NCBI GenBank assembly: GCA_965238215.1 | Contig: OZ250180.1 | Span: forward strand, 1,765,524-1,829,523 | Direction of reading: 5' to 3' | Length of the DNA: 64,000 nucleotides | Origin: Dehalococcoidia bacterium | GTDB lineage: Bacteria > Chloroflexota > Dehalococcoidia > Lucifugimonadales > GCA-2712585 | In this document: piece by piece, positions 63,824-64,000 of the stretch | Layout of the letters: each line of letters begins with the position of its first letter | Position numbering within the stretch: the stretch's first letter is position 1 | Notes under the pieces: model-generated | The model's database searches: none | Seen by the model: only the letters and a program-made list of their open reading frames with translations | What the model was told of the DNA's origin: nothing | Translations under genes and position numbers: made by a program

Positions 63824-63999
63824 GTTATTCACTCCTGACTCCCCGGACGATGATGCCGTTGTGCGCCATCCCTTCAAGGATATCGTCAACATAACGCGGC
63901 TCCACCAGAACGCTGTCAGCCGTCGTAGTCCTATCGGGGCCGCTGGTGTAAGTCTCAAGCCACAACTGCCCGGCCGCGCTCACGGAGCGCAACTCCACG
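63824..63999 (-). CDS. 3' end of an unidentified gene running off the window
   Basis: Open frame with high GC3: ...VELRSVSAAGQLWLETYTSGPDRTTTADSVLVEPRYVDDILEGMAHNGIIVRGVRSE*. It is absent from the ORF track because it has no start in the window. Confidence 0.5.
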
Positions 64000-64000
64000 G

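Noticed and set aside
63740-63960. Glycine riboswitch expected upstream of gcvT
   Set aside because: Only 84 nt separate gcvT from the stop (63826-63824) of an upstream same-strand ORF. The vague GGAG/GAAGG/CAGG resemblances I saw further upstream lie inside that coding frame. The conserved CACCGAAGGGGCAA and CUCAGGCAAAAGGAC cores are absent.

Overview
About 64 kb (the sequence as given ends at nt 63999) of a gene-dense, high-GC bacterial chromosome (roughly 60% by eye). Genes are Shine-Dalgarno-led and many start with GTG or TTG. The backbone is catabolic and housekeeping: asparaginase, class-III and class-V aminotransferases, two amidohydrolases, hydantoinase A/B, TPP enzymes, a sulfopyruvate-decarboxylase-like ComDE pair, tartrate dehydrogenase, GGT, gap, argC, pfkA, nth, tldD/pmbA, metF, trmI, minDE, a MacAB-type efflux operon, the glycine-cleavage operon gcvT-H-PA-PB and one tRNA-Gln. 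Short lower-GC islets between these genes carry accessory modules: a type II R-M pair bracketed by a 16-bp exact direct repeat, VapBC, an in-frame fused HicA-HicB, three tandem PaREP1/HEPN-like cassettes, a retropepsin-like protease pair, and two decayed genes with in-frame stops. The strongest observations are: (1) a peroxiredoxin with an in-frame UGA at the catalytic Cys position and a SECIS-like hairpin 11 nt downstream, a probable selenoprotein that the ORF track splits in two; (2) the HicA-HicB single-ORF fusion; (3) an uncharacterised ~80-aa Cys4 domain present twice in tandem, once fused to tartrate dehydrogenase; (4) a MinE with an ~88-aa extra C-terminal domain and no recognisable MinC; (5) metF apparently starting at ATA; (6) a modular GC-rich hairpin repeat family forming near-identical 196-bp and 94-bp tandem arrays. 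No rRNA, CRISPR array, transposase or integrase was seen. A Chloroflexota (SAR202-like) origin is only a guess from gene content and repeat style.
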